Shown: in pieces, positions 28,819 to 38,293 of the stretch
Layout: every line of letters begins with the position of its first letter
How positions within the stretch are numbered: the stretch's first letter is position 1
Source: Flavobacteriales bacterium
GTDB taxonomy: Bacteria; Bacteroidota; Bacteroidia; Flavobacteriales; CAJXXR01
DNA: 64,000 bases
Direction of reading: 5' to 3'
Assembly: GCA_049609625.1 (NCBI GenBank)
Contig: JBMYYR010000002.1
Coordinates: 1,152 to 65,151 of the forward strand
Program-made: the position numbers and the translations under genes
The notes under the pieces: model-generated
The model's database searches: none
The model's input: only the letters and a program-made list of their open reading frames with translations
Told to the model about the DNA's origin: nothing

Positions 28819-29877
28819 ATGATTAAATCATTGAATTTCAAAATATTAAAAGCCATAATTTTTATTGTGGCTTTTGTATTTTCCACATTTTTAAGTCAAG
28901 CTCAACTTTTTAAAGCTAAAATCAAAACGGTGCTAAAACCGCAAACAAGCATTCGTGCTCTTTTGGTAACAGAAGATAATCACCTTTGGTTTGCAGGAGC
29001 CAATAATACATTCGGTTGCTCCTTTGATGGTGGTAAAACTTGGGATGTGGATAGCATCAATTTTCACGGCCAGGACATACACTTTAGAGGCATTGCCAAG
29101 AGTGGTTCTGGAGTCAATATCATGGGTGTTGACAACCCTGCGTTTTTCTTCCGAACAGAAGACGAAGGCTTAAATTGGCTGCTGTCGTATTTTGAAGACG
29201 AGCCAGGTGTTTTTTATGATGCCATGGCTTTTTTTGATGACGATGAAGGCATTGCCTTCGGTGATCCATTAGACTCTTGCTTTTCGGTTCTAAAAACCTA
29301 TGACTCAGGAAAAACTTGGCAAAAGTTGACGTGTTCAACATTGCCAAAAAGTAAAAATGGTCAAGGCGCATTTGCCGCCAGCAACACCAATATTGCCATT
29401 CAAGGCGATAGCGTTTGGTTTGTTACCGGAGGTTTTGAAGCCGATGTTTTATTTAGTCCAGACCGAGGAAAAACATGGGAGCTTCAGGCGTGTTCGTTTA
29501 TTGACGGCAGTGAAATGACTGGCATGTTTAGTGTCGATTTTTACGATGCTAAGACTGGATTTATTATCGGTGGAGATTGGGAGAATCAAACTTCTGCGCT
29601 GAAAAATAAAGCCAAAACCATCGATGGAGGAAAGACCTGGGAAATACTTGCTGATCAGAGTCTTCCGCCTTACCAATCTTGCGTAAAATACGTTCCAAAC
29701 TCTAAGGCAAAACGTTTACTTTCTGTCGGAATGCCAGGTGTTTTTTATTCTGAAGATGGGGGAGAGCATTGGGTAAAGCTATCTGATGAGGCATTCTACA
29801 CAATCGATTTTTTGAATGAAACTACCGCATTTTTGGCTGGTAACAAACGTATAGCGAAGCTAGTGTTTTCAAAATAA
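28819..29877 (+). CDS. Secreted beta-propeller protein with BNR/Ycf48-like repeats
   Basis: Five repeats of the D-G-G-K-T-W type (DGGKTW, DSGKTW, DRGKTW, DGGKTW, DGGEHW) and a signal peptide. Confidence 0.65.
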   Translation: MIKSLNFKILKAIIFIVAFVFSTFLSQAQLFKAKIKTVLKPQTSIRALLVTEDNHLWFAGANNTFGCSFDGGKTWDVDSINFHGQDIHFRGIAKSGSGVNIMGVDNPAFFFRTEDEGLNWLLSYFEDEPGVFYDAMAFFDDDEGIAFGDPLDSCFSVLKTYDSGKTWQKLTCSTLPKSKNGQGAFAASNTNIAIQGDSVWFVTGGFEADVLFSPDRGKTWELQACSFIDGSEMTGMFSVDFYDAKTGFIIGGDWENQTSALKNKAKTIDGGKTWEILADQSLPPYQSCVKYVPNSKAKRLLSVGMPGVFYSEDGGEHWVKLSDEAFYTIDFLNETTAFLAGNKRIAKLVFSK

Positions 29878-29962
29878 AACAACTTGAGAAACGAGGAATT
29901 ATTCCATCTTAAAAAATATTAGATTGTTCTTCAAAACTTGAGTATATCACTGATAATTTCAT

Positions 29963-29970
29963 TAATTTTG
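29963..29970 (+). promoter_or_regulatory. Candidate -7 box (TAATTTTG) upstream of the lipoprotein/sugar-transferase pair
   Basis: TAnnTTTG match, with TTG 22 nt upstream at 29938..29940. Confidence 0.3.
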
Positions 29971-30029
29971 ACTGTTTAAAACGCACTCAAAAAAATCAAT
30001 TCAACCTGATGTCAAAATACCAACTTAAC

Positions 30030-30953
30030 ATGAAGTATACCAGTATTTTATCTTTTTTTATTTTTGGATTTTTGATGAACTCTTGCCAAAACCCAGAAGT
30101 AGAAGTTCCGGCCTACCTTGCGGTGCACGACATCAGCCTCGAAACCAAAGCCTCAGAAGGGTCGGCGTCAGAAAAAATTACAGACGTCTGGGTGTCTTTA
30201 GGCGAAAATTTTTATGGTGCCTACGAGCTTCCTTGCACCATCCCGATTCTTGAAGAAGGAGAATTTGAACTAAAGCTCCGAGCCGGAATAAAACTTAATG
30301 GTATCAACGCCACGCGCTCGGCCTATTCGCCTTATCAGATTTGTCAAGCTACAGATACACAAGGCGTTGAGCTGGATGTGATTCGCCTGACACGAGACTC
30401 TATTACGCATGTAAACGCCAAAACACAATACAAAGAAACCACAAACTTCAAAAGCATCGAAGGATTTGAAAGTGCAGGCGTTCAGTTCGAGTCTCGGAAA
30501 GACGTTGACACCTCAAACGTTCAGATTTCGGCTTCATTACTCAAAACCGACGAGGATGCCGAGGTGTTTGAAGGCAATTATTCGGGCTATGTTCACCTTA
30601 CCAAAGAACAAGACTACGTTACCATTTTATCTTCAGAATGGATTGATATTCCTCAGCTTTCGAGCGGAAAGTACAATTATTTCGAGTTGGATTACAAAAC
30701 AGAGGTTATGCTCAATGTTGGACTTTGGTTCAACGACATTTCGGCAACACAAGTAAACGAAATACATCTGAACCCAAAAGAAGAGTGGAACAAAAACTAC
30801 ATCTACATCAAACCCGAACGAGCCTACGAAACCACCTCACCTGTCTTTGGGTCAACACAATACAAAGTTTTTATGGTAGCTTCCTTGCCCGAAGATATGG
30901 ACGAAGCCTGGATCTATTTAGACAACCTAAAGCTGATTCATGAAAATGAATAA
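30030..30953 (+). CDS. Hypothetical lipoprotein
   Basis: MKYTSILSFFIFGFLMNSC has a signal peptide plus lipobox. No recognisable catalytic motif. Overlaps the downstream sugar transferase gene by 14 nt. Confidence 0.5.
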   Translation: MKYTSILSFFIFGFLMNSCQNPEVEVPAYLAVHDISLETKASEGSASEKITDVWVSLGENFYGAYELPCTIPILEEGEFELKLRAGIKLNGINATRSAYSPYQICQATDTQGVELDVIRLTRDSITHVNAKTQYKETTNFKSIEGFESAGVQFESRKDVDTSNVQISASLLKTDEDAEVFEGNYSGYVHLTKEQDYVTILSSEWIDIPQLSSGKYNYFELDYKTEVMLNVGLWFNDISATQVNEIHLNPKEEWNKNYIYIKPERAYETTSPVFGSTQYKVFMVASLPEDMDEAWIYLDNLKLIHENE

Positions 30954-32370
30954 AAAGCTTCAGATTAGCAAATATATAATCCTAGATTTTCTGGCCTCGC
31001 TCGTTGCTTGGGCACTTTTCTATGTCTATCGAAAAACAAGTATCGAGTTTGAGTCTATTTCTAAGGATCGCCTCTTTTCGGATGCTAATTTTAGCTATGG
31101 CATTTTTGCAATGGCAGCACTCTGGGTTGTTATCTACATTCTTTTAGGTCATTACCGAAAAATATATCGAAGATCAAGACTTTTGGAACTTGGCAAAACC
31201 ATTTTTCAGCACAGTATCGGCGTTTTACTTATCTTTTTTGTGTTTATTTTAGACGATCGCGTACAGAACTACACCCAGTATATCGATTCGATTTTAGTTT
31301 ATTTTACACTCCAAACACTGCTTGTTTACACCTTTCGCTTTGTTTTACTGTCGCGAACCAATCGGAAAATTCATCGAAAAGAAATTGGCTACCCAACCTT
31401 GCTGATTGGCGCACAGAACGCTGCGGTTGATCTTTTTTTGAACATGGAACAGCTCCACCGCTCATCAGGCAACCTATTTATAGGTTATTTACATCCTCAG
31501 CAGAACGTTGATGAACATACATCTGATCGAATTTCAAACTACCTGCCTTGCCTTGGGAATCTTTCCGATTTAGACCAGATTATCAAACAGCATCAGATTC
31601 AGGAAGTTATTATTGCGACCGAAAAAGAAGAGCATCAATACACTCAAAATATCATAGAACGTCTTGAAAATGAAAAAGTTGAAGTTAAGGTTCTGCCCAC
31701 TCTATACGACATCCTGACGGGCTCCGTAAAGCTAACCTCTCTGTTTGACATTCCGCTGCTCCACATCCAGTTCAAAGCTATGCCAGTTTGGCAATCGGTA
31801 CTCAAACGACTGTTAGACATTCTCATCAGCTCAAGCATTCTGATACTACTTTCGCCTTTTTATGCATTCGTCAGTCTTTTGGTCAAGCTTTCGTCCAAAG
31901 GCCCAGTGTTCTACAAACAAGAACGTATTGGTTTGCACGGAAAACCTTTTCAAATTATCAAATTTAGATCCATGCTTGTGGACGCCGAAAAACTTGGTCC
32001 ACAGCTTAGTTCTGACGAAGACCCGCGTATCACACCATGGGGTAAATTTATGCGGCAGCATCGCATAGATGAGTTTCCACAATTTTATAATGTTTTAATT
32101 GGCGAAATGAGTATCGTTGGTCCACGACCTGAACGTCAATTCTTTATAGATCAATTGATTGAAAAAGCACCTTACTACAAACAAGTTCATCGGGTTAGGC
32201 CAGGTATTACCTCTTGGGGTATGGTGAAATTTGGCTATGCCGAAAACATCGATGAAATGTTAGAACGACTTAAATACGATTTAATTTACATAGAAAACCT
32301 AACGATTATGAGCGACTTTAAAGTACTGTTTTATACCGTATTTATTGTTCTTCAAGGCCGTGGGAAGTAA
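30940..32370 (+). CDS. Polyprenyl-phosphate glycosyl-1-phosphate transferase (WbaP/WcaJ-type initiating sugar transferase)
   Basis: Four to five N-terminal TM helices, a central Rossmann-like region, and a C-terminal bacterial sugar transferase domain (KRLLD...S...L....P, PVFYKQERIG..GK.F...KFRSM, DPRIT..G...R....DE.PQ..NVL.G.MS.VGPRP). Confidence 0.9.
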   Translation: MKMNKKLQISKYIILDFLASLVAWALFYVYRKTSIEFESISKDRLFSDANFSYGIFAMAALWVVIYILLGHYRKIYRRSRLLELGKTIFQHSIGVLLIFFVFILDDRVQNYTQYIDSILVYFTLQTLLVYTFRFVLLSRTNRKIHRKEIGYPTLLIGAQNAAVDLFLNMEQLHRSSGNLFIGYLHPQQNVDEHTSDRISNYLPCLGNLSDLDQIIKQHQIQEVIIATEKEEHQYTQNIIERLENEKVEVKVLPTLYDILTGSVKLTSLFDIPLLHIQFKAMPVWQSVLKRLLDILISSSILILLSPFYAFVSLLVKLSSKGPVFYKQERIGLHGKPFQIIKFRSMLVDAEKLGPQLSSDEDPRITPWGKFMRQHRIDEFPQFYNVLIGEMSIVGPRPERQFFIDQLIEKAPYYKQVHRVRPGITSWGMVKFGYAENIDEMLERLKYDLIYIENLTIMSDFKVLFYTVFIVLQGRGK

Positions 32371-32390
32371 ACCTAAAAACAACACAACAG

Positions 32391-33278
32391 ATGAAACACA
32401 TTAGCGTAATTGGTGCCGGAACCATGGGAAATGGAATAGCACATACCTTTGCTCAATTTGATTTTAAGGTTCAACTTATTGATATATCAGAAGTTGCACT
32501 CAAAAAAGCCTTAGCTACCATCGAAAAAAACCTAGACCGAATGCTGGCAAAAGGTAAATTAAGCGAAGAGCAAAAACAAAACACCTTAGCCAACATCAGC
32601 ACCAATACCGACATTGCTGCGGGTGTAAAAAACGCCGATCTGGTTGTTGAAGCCGCTACCGAACGTCTTGATTTGAAACTAAATATATTCAAAACCATCG
32701 ATGCTTCCGCACCCAAATCTTGTATCTTAGCTTCCAATACCTCCTCTATTTCTATTACCGAAATTGCGGCCTCTACCCAACGCCCAGAACAAGTGATTGG
32801 AATGCACTTTATGAACCCAGTGCCGATCATGAAATTGGTGGAAGTCATCAAAGGCTATTCGACCTCCGAAACCACCTATCAAAAGGTGATGGAACTATCA
32901 AAAGCCTTAAATAAAATCCCTGTTGAAGTCAATGATTATCCTGGATTTGTGGCTAATCGAATTTTGATGCCGATGATCAACGAAGCTATCTATACGCTGT
33001 TTGAAGGCGTGGCAGGCGTCAAGGAAATTGACACCGTAATGAAACTCGGAATGGCACACCCAATGGGGCCACTCCAACTTGCCGATTTTATTGGTTTAGA
33101 CGTCTGTTTGTCGATCCTGAATGTACTTTATGACGGTTTCGGAAACCCGAAATATGCACCCTGTCCGCTGTTAGTCAATATGGTTATGGCAGGCAAAAAA
33201 GGAATCAAAGCAGGCGAAGGATTCTATGATTATTCAGAAACTCGAAAAGCTGAAAAAGTAAGTGCTCAATTTGCTTAA
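32391..33278 (+). CDS. hbd: 3-hydroxybutyryl-CoA / 3-hydroxyacyl-CoA dehydrogenase
   Basis: VIGAGTMGNGIA Rossmann motif, NTSS, HFMNP and GFV.NR motifs. Length 295 aa. Confidence 0.9.
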   Translation: MKHISVIGAGTMGNGIAHTFAQFDFKVQLIDISEVALKKALATIEKNLDRMLAKGKLSEEQKQNTLANISTNTDIAAGVKNADLVVEAATERLDLKLNIFKTIDASAPKSCILASNTSSISITEIAASTQRPEQVIGMHFMNPVPIMKLVEVIKGYSTSETTYQKVMELSKALNKIPVEVNDYPGFVANRILMPMINEAIYTLFEGVAGVKEIDTVMKLGMAHPMGPLQLADFIGLDVCLSILNVLYDGFGNPKYAPCPLLVNMVMAGKKGIKAGEGFYDYSETRKAEKVSAQFA

Positions 33279-33308
33279 AGAAACCACAACAACAAGAAAA
33301 TCAATATT

Positions 33309-33722
33309 TTGAAAAAAAATCTTCACGTCCTAGCCCTTCTGATTTTGATTGTTCCAGTAAGTTATGTTGCCTACTGGATTCAAGCTTACCAAGAGCTTAG
33401 TATCGAAAAAGACAGCTTGACGATTGAAGGATTTATTGGCGAAACAGTCTCTTTTTCTGACATCGATACCATCTTGAGCTTAACGACGCTGCCTCGAATT
33501 TCTGAATCGGCTGGTCTAACGTGGGAGAAAAATCAAAAAGGCTATTTTACGCGCTTTTCCGACTCCAAGCGGGTTAAACTCTTTGCACACCATACCGATC
33601 TTTACATCAAAATTGTAAAACACAATGGCGAAATTATTTACTATAATTCCGATAAATTTTACAAAACAGAAGCACTTATAATCAAACTTCAACACGCTCT
33701 AAATCAATACAAAAATGCTTAA
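33309..33722 (+). CDS. Hypothetical membrane-anchored protein
   Basis: TTG start with an N-terminal TM helix and no recognised motif. 8-nt overlap with the downstream gene suggests co-transcription. Confidence 0.4.
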   Translation: MKKNLHVLALLILIVPVSYVAYWIQAYQELSIEKDSLTIEGFIGETVSFSDIDTILSLTTLPRISESAGLTWEKNQKGYFTRFSDSKRVKLFAHHTDLYIKIVKHNGEIIYYNSDKFYKTEALIIKLQHALNQYKNA

Positions 33723-34002
33723 AATTCTCAAATGGATTGGCTTTGCAGAAGGCCTTTCGTTTCTAGTTATTTTGTGGCTTACTATGCCACTAAAATATTT
33801 ATTCTTGATGCCCGAACTCAATAAACCTGTCGGGATGGCGCACGGACTACTTTTTGTAGCCTACGTGTTTTTGGTTCTGATGGTTGGACTGCAAGAAAAC
33901 TGGTCAAAAAAAGCTATATTTTGGTCTCTGCTAGCTTCTCTAATTCCATTTGGGACGTTTTATGCTGATAAATTGTTTTTTAAGAATAGTGAACAGAATT
34001 AA
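33715..34002 (+). CDS. DUF3817-like small integral membrane protein
   Basis: Three TM helices, with W.G..EG.S.L.L....MPLKY and G..HG.LF..Y patterns typical of this family. Confidence 0.6.
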   Translation: MLKILKWIGFAEGLSFLVILWLTMPLKYLFLMPELNKPVGMAHGLLFVAYVFLVLMVGLQENWSKKAIFWSLLASLIPFGTFYADKLFFKNSEQN

Positions 34003-34110
34003 ACGAAGGAAGAATTTGATGTGAACTGTTTAACAAAAATGCTTTTGTGGTTTTCAACAACCAAACCACGTTAAACCCATTATGTTGATTCAAATCACAT
34101 GGAATTATTG

Positions 34111-34118
34111 TATTTTTG
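34111..34118 (+). promoter_or_regulatory. Candidate -7 box (TATTTTTG) upstream of the dehydrogenase/carboxylase gene string
   Basis: TAnnTTTG match 19 nt upstream of the ATG at 34138. Confidence 0.3.
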
Positions 34119-34137
34119 ACCAAAAGAATTTAACAAA

Positions 34138-35340
34138 ATGAAAATAGGACTCATTAGAGAAGGTAAAACACCTCCAGATAAACGCGTTGCGCTAAATCCC
34201 AAACAATGCGAGCAGTTGTTGGCAAACTATCCACAGTTAGAAATTGCCGTTCAGCCGAGCAATATTCGTTGCTATTCTGATGATGATTATGCCGATTTAG
34301 GTATTAGTTTACAAAACAATCTCTCCGATTGCGATATTATTTTTGGCGTCAAAGAAGTACCCATTAATTACCTTATCCCAAACAAAACTTTTTTCTTCTT
34401 TTCTCATACCATTAAAGAACAAGATTATAACCAAAAGTTAATCAAGGCTTTAATAAAACAAAACATTCAGCTAGTTGACTATGAGGTCTTGACCCGACCA
34501 TCGGGCAGTCGCCTCATTGGTTTTGGGCGTTTTGCGGGTATTGTAGGTGCTTATAATGGCTTTCTGAGTTTGGGAAAACGTCATAAGTCATTTGACTTGA
34601 AACCAGCATACACTTGCGAGAACAAAGCCGAATTGGACAGAGAATTAAAGAGCGTTGAGCTACCAGAAGCGTTCAAATTAGTGATCACTGGTAGAGGAAG
34701 AGTTGCCTTGGGTGCTTTAGAAATCATCGAACAGCTCGATATGCAAAAGCTTGATCCTGAGGAGTATATAAACTACACTGGCAGCAAAGCAGTGTATTGC
34801 CATATCGACACCAAAGATTATGCAAAAGCCAAGGATGGCAGCGCGTTTTCTGACGGCGAATTTAGACGTCATCCAACACGTTTTGAATCCAATTTTTTGC
34901 GTTTTGCACATAGCTCGGATATGTTTATTGCAGGACACTATTATGGTAATGATGCGCCTTATTTCTTTACCAGAAAACAAGCAAAAGATCCAAATTTTCG
35001 CATCAGAGTGGTAGCAGATATCAGTTGCGACATCAATGGGCCAGTAGCATCAACCATAAAACCGTCAACAATTGCAGACCCGATTTATGGTTATAATCCA
35101 CAGACCGAAAAAGAAGATCAGTTTGATAAAGAAGAGGTCATCACTGTGATGGCCGTTGATAATTTACCTTGTGAACTGCCAAAAGATGCTTCCGATCATT
35201 TTGGCTCGGTGCTCTTAAAAGAAATTATTCCAGTATTGATAGGCGAAGATTCTGAAAACATTATTGAGAGAGCAACGATTTGCAAATCAGGAAGTTTGGG
35301 TTCTTACTTTAGCTATTTACACGACTACGCTTTTAACTAA
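34138..35340 (+). CDS. Alanine dehydrogenase/PNT-family NAD-dependent dehydrogenase (saccharopine dehydrogenase / lysine-ketoglutarate reductase-like)
   Basis: MKIGLIREGK.P.D.RV.L.P N-terminus and VITGRGRVA.GA nucleotide-binding loop. Length 400 aa. Confidence 0.65.
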   Translation: MKIGLIREGKTPPDKRVALNPKQCEQLLANYPQLEIAVQPSNIRCYSDDDYADLGISLQNNLSDCDIIFGVKEVPINYLIPNKTFFFFSHTIKEQDYNQKLIKALIKQNIQLVDYEVLTRPSGSRLIGFGRFAGIVGAYNGFLSLGKRHKSFDLKPAYTCENKAELDRELKSVELPEAFKLVITGRGRVALGALEIIEQLDMQKLDPEEYINYTGSKAVYCHIDTKDYAKAKDGSAFSDGEFRRHPTRFESNFLRFAHSSDMFIAGHYYGNDAPYFFTRKQAKDPNFRIRVVADISCDINGPVASTIKPSTIADPIYGYNPQTEKEDQFDKEEVITVMAVDNLPCELPKDASDHFGSVLLKEIIPVLIGEDSENIIERATICKSGSLGSYFSYLHDYAFN

Positions 35341-35349
35341 AACTAAACG

Positions 35350-36834
35350 ATGAAAAAAATTCTTGTAGCCAACAGAGGCGAAATTGCATTGCGGATTATG
35401 AAATCGGCAAAAGAAATGGGAATCAAAACCGTTGCTGTCTATTCCGAAGCCGATCGAGAAGCTTTACACGTGAAATTTGCAGACGAATCGATTTGTATTG
35501 GCCCAGCAGCGTCATCAGAATCTTATCTTTTGGGTGATAAAATTATTGAAGTTTGTAAGCTTTTAAATGTTGATGCCATCCATCCAGGTTATGGATTTTT
35601 ATCAGAAAATGCTGAATTTGCAGATTTAGTTGAGCGTAATAACATTACATTTATTGGCCCTAAATCGGATTCCATGCGGATGATGGGAAATAAATTAGCT
35701 GCCAAAAAAGCCGTTAAATCCTATGATATTCCGATGGTTCCGGGAACCGAAGAGGCCATCGCAGATTTGACTTTGGCAGAAGAAACAGCTATTGAAATTG
35801 GATTTCCGATTTTGATAAAAGCAGCTGCAGGTGGTGGTGGAAAAGGAATGCGTGTGGTCAATGAAGCCTCCGAAATCAAAGAGCAATTAGGTTTAGCAAT
35901 GGGCGAAGCTCAATCTGCTTTTGGTGATGCGTCGGTATTTATCGAAAAATATATTGCTTCTCCAAGACATATCGAAATTCAAGTTTTGGCTGATCAGCAC
36001 GGAAATTATGTACACCTTTTTGAGCGTGAATGCTCTATCCAACGACGCTACCAAAAGGTGATTGAAGAAGCACCTTCTTCAGTGTTGAGTCCTGAGATGC
36101 GAGCTCGGATGGGCGCTTGTGCAATAGATGTTGCCCGAGCTTGTGATTACGTAGGTGTTGGGACAGTCGAGTTTCTTTTAGATGGCCCTGATACGTTTTA
36201 TTTCTTGGAAATGAACACAAGGCTTCAGGTGGAACATCCTGTTACTGAAATGATTACAGGTTTAGATTTAGTAAAAGAACAAATCAAAGTTGCCCGAGGC
36301 GAACAGCTGAATATTAAGCAAAAAGACCTGAAAATTAATGGACATGCCTTAGAAGTTAGAGTTTATGCCGAGGATGCTAGAAACAATTTTGCGGCCGATA
36401 TTGGGACTTTGGAAAAATACAAACGACCGTTTTCGCCTGGTGTTCGGGTAGATGATGGTTTTGAGGAAGGCATGACCATCCCGATTTATTATGATCCGAT
36501 GATTTCTAAACTGGTTTGCCATAGCGAAACGCGCTTGGGTGCTATCCAAAAAATGAAAGAAGCGATCCAGCAATATGAAATTGTTGGCGTGCAAACCACT
36601 CTAGATTTTGCTAGTTTAGTGATGAGTCATCCGGCTTTTGTTTCTGGCGATTTTGATACGCATTTTGTAACAAAACATTTCGACCCAAAAGACCTCGATA
36701 AACAACACGAAGATGAATTTGAAATAGCAGCTTTGGTCGCTGTGGAGCAATTTATTGGATCCACTAAACAAATCAATTCACAACCAGAGCCATCTTCAGT
36801 TCACAGATCAAAATGGAAAGCAAACCGACGATAA
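35350..36834 (+). CDS. Biotin carboxylase subunit of an acyl-CoA carboxylase
   Basis: KILVANRGEIA.RI, ATP-grasp motifs (KAAAGGGGKGMR, EMNTRLQVEHPVTE) and the biotin carboxylase C-terminal domain. No biotinyl (MKM) domain is present in this ORF. Confidence 0.9.
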   Translation: MKKILVANRGEIALRIMKSAKEMGIKTVAVYSEADREALHVKFADESICIGPAASSESYLLGDKIIEVCKLLNVDAIHPGYGFLSENAEFADLVERNNITFIGPKSDSMRMMGNKLAAKKAVKSYDIPMVPGTEEAIADLTLAEETAIEIGFPILIKAAAGGGGKGMRVVNEASEIKEQLGLAMGEAQSAFGDASVFIEKYIASPRHIEIQVLADQHGNYVHLFERECSIQRRYQKVIEEAPSSVLSPEMRARMGACAIDVARACDYVGVGTVEFLLDGPDTFYFLEMNTRLQVEHPVTEMITGLDLVKEQIKVARGEQLNIKQKDLKINGHALEVRVYAEDARNNFAADIGTLEKYKRPFSPGVRVDDGFEEGMTIPIYYDPMISKLVCHSETRLGAIQKMKEAIQQYEIVGVQTTLDFASLVMSHPAFVSGDFDTHFVTKHFDPKDLDKQHEDEFEIAALVAVEQFIGSTKQINSQPEPSSVHRSKWKANRR

Positions 36835-37478
36835 AACACTTCTTTTTTTATAGCCTTTTTGTGCTTCTGATAATTAATCAATCAGCTAAAGCTCAGGTAG
36901 ATACTCTTAGTAAATTTCATGTTTTAGACATGGTAATTAATGGAGAGGATACTATTTTGATGGATGTTTTGGGCGAAGTTGTTTTGTCGGACTATGCCCC
37001 GCTTGATTCTGCCAGTCAACGTCGATATTATATCCTGAGAAAAAAAGTTTTGAAAGTCTACCCTTACGCTTTTGAGGCATCAAAATTGTTTCTCGAAATC
37101 AATGCCAAATATGCTACTATCGACAAAAAAAGAAAGAAGAAAAAGTATGCTAAAAAACAACAAAAATGGATTGATGAAACGTTTGGCGAAGAGCTCAAAA
37201 AATTAAAACGAAGTGAAGGTCGGATACTTATAAAGCTGATTCACAGAAATTTACAGGTAACATCGTATGAATTAATTAAGTTTTACCGTGGCAGTTTCTC
37301 AGCTTTTTGGTGGCAACGCTTAGCTAAGCTATATGATGCAGACTTGAAAACTGAATACCACCCAGAAAAGTGGATGGATGACAAACTGATTGAGATGATT
37401 ATTCAAAATGCTATTAAAGACCAGATTATCGAAGAATCAAAACTTAGTCCTTTTCAACGAGTGAAACTCAAACGCTGA
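36813..37478 (+). CDS. DUF4294-like secreted protein, function unknown
   Basis: Signal peptide ending AKAQ, a Bacteroidota-typical layout (L.EVV......RRYY.L..KV.KVYPYA) and a lysine-rich segment. Overlaps the upstream stop by 22 nt. Confidence 0.5.
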   Translation: MESKPTIKHFFFYSLFVLLIINQSAKAQVDTLSKFHVLDMVINGEDTILMDVLGEVVLSDYAPLDSASQRRYYILRKKVLKVYPYAFEASKLFLEINAKYATIDKKRKKKKYAKKQQKWIDETFGEELKKLKRSEGRILIKLIHRNLQVTSYELIKFYRGSFSAFWWQRLAKLYDADLKTEYHPEKWMDDKLIEMIIQNAIKDQIIEESKLSPFQRVKLKR

Positions 37479-38242
37479 TGGAGAACCTATTATACCGCAT
37501 TTGGAAATATTGGGCCTTGTTGGTGTTTGCTGTTGTTGGCCTTGTTTTTTTGCCTCCAATGGCTCTAATTTTGATTTTTAAACATCGAATTGCTCAAAAT
37601 ATAGCCATATTATTGTTTAGAACTGGAGCCCTTTTGGCTTTACTTTTAATAGGGATTATTCCTATTTTTTCAGGCAATTTTAAGGCTATTAAAACACAAA
37701 GTCCTTTAGTTTTTGTTGCCAATCACAGGTCATATTTAGATATTCTGATTTGCTTAATTCTTGCGCCAAACAACTCAAGATTTTTGAGCAAAATTGAAGT
37801 CTTCCATTGGCCCATTGTTGGCTATTTTACCAAACGACTAGGACACATAGGCGTCGATCGTTCAAGTGCGAGAGGTCGAGCTGAAAGTTTAGAACAAATT
37901 AGCATTAATCTTAAAGAAGGTAAGTCGTTGATTTTGTTTCCTGAAGGAAAAATTTTAAAAAATACGAAGCTCTTAAATACCTTCAAAAAAGGTGCTTTTT
38001 TGGCCGCCACACGCACCCAAAGTTCAATCGTTTGTGTAGCTATTATGAACGCTGGAATCATCAATCCGTGCTATACTTTGCCTAAAATTAGACCTGGTAT
38101 TTTGCGTGTACGCTTTTCGGAACCCATCTTGACTAAAGGAAAAGGAGAGGAGGCAACAAAAGATCTTCAAGAATCTGCTTATCAATGGATTAAGTCTGAA
38201 TTGAAAAACTATCACAGTTCTGGAGAATATCCAATAAAGTAG
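37478..38242 (+). CDS. plsC: 1-acyl-sn-glycerol-3-phosphate acyltransferase
   Basis: HX4D motif NHRSYLDI, FPEG motif, and an N-terminal membrane region. Confidence 0.85.
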   Translation: MENLLYRIWKYWALLVFAVVGLVFLPPMALILIFKHRIAQNIAILLFRTGALLALLLIGIIPIFSGNFKAIKTQSPLVFVANHRSYLDILICLILAPNNSRFLSKIEVFHWPIVGYFTKRLGHIGVDRSSARGRAESLEQISINLKEGKSLILFPEGKILKNTKLLNTFKKGAFLAATRTQSSIVCVAIMNAGIINPCYTLPKIRPGILRVRFSEPILTKGKGEEATKDLQESAYQWIKSELKNYHSSGEYPIK

Positions 38243-38293
38243 ATTGATTTTCGTATCTTAGCCAAATTTTAAACATCAGAAGCCTAGAATAAA

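Noticed and set aside
30466-30943. Two overlapping + strand ORFs (96 and 72 aa) in alternative frames inside the lipoprotein gene
   Set aside because: They are embedded in the longer frame that carries the signal peptide and lipobox. Their translations are basic and Ser/Arg-rich with no features.
34047-34069. GTGGTTT / AAACCAC 7-bp stem with a 9-nt loop downstream of the DUF3817-like gene
   Set aside because: It could be a terminator, but it lacks a T-run and has a large loop, so it is not strong enough to annotate.
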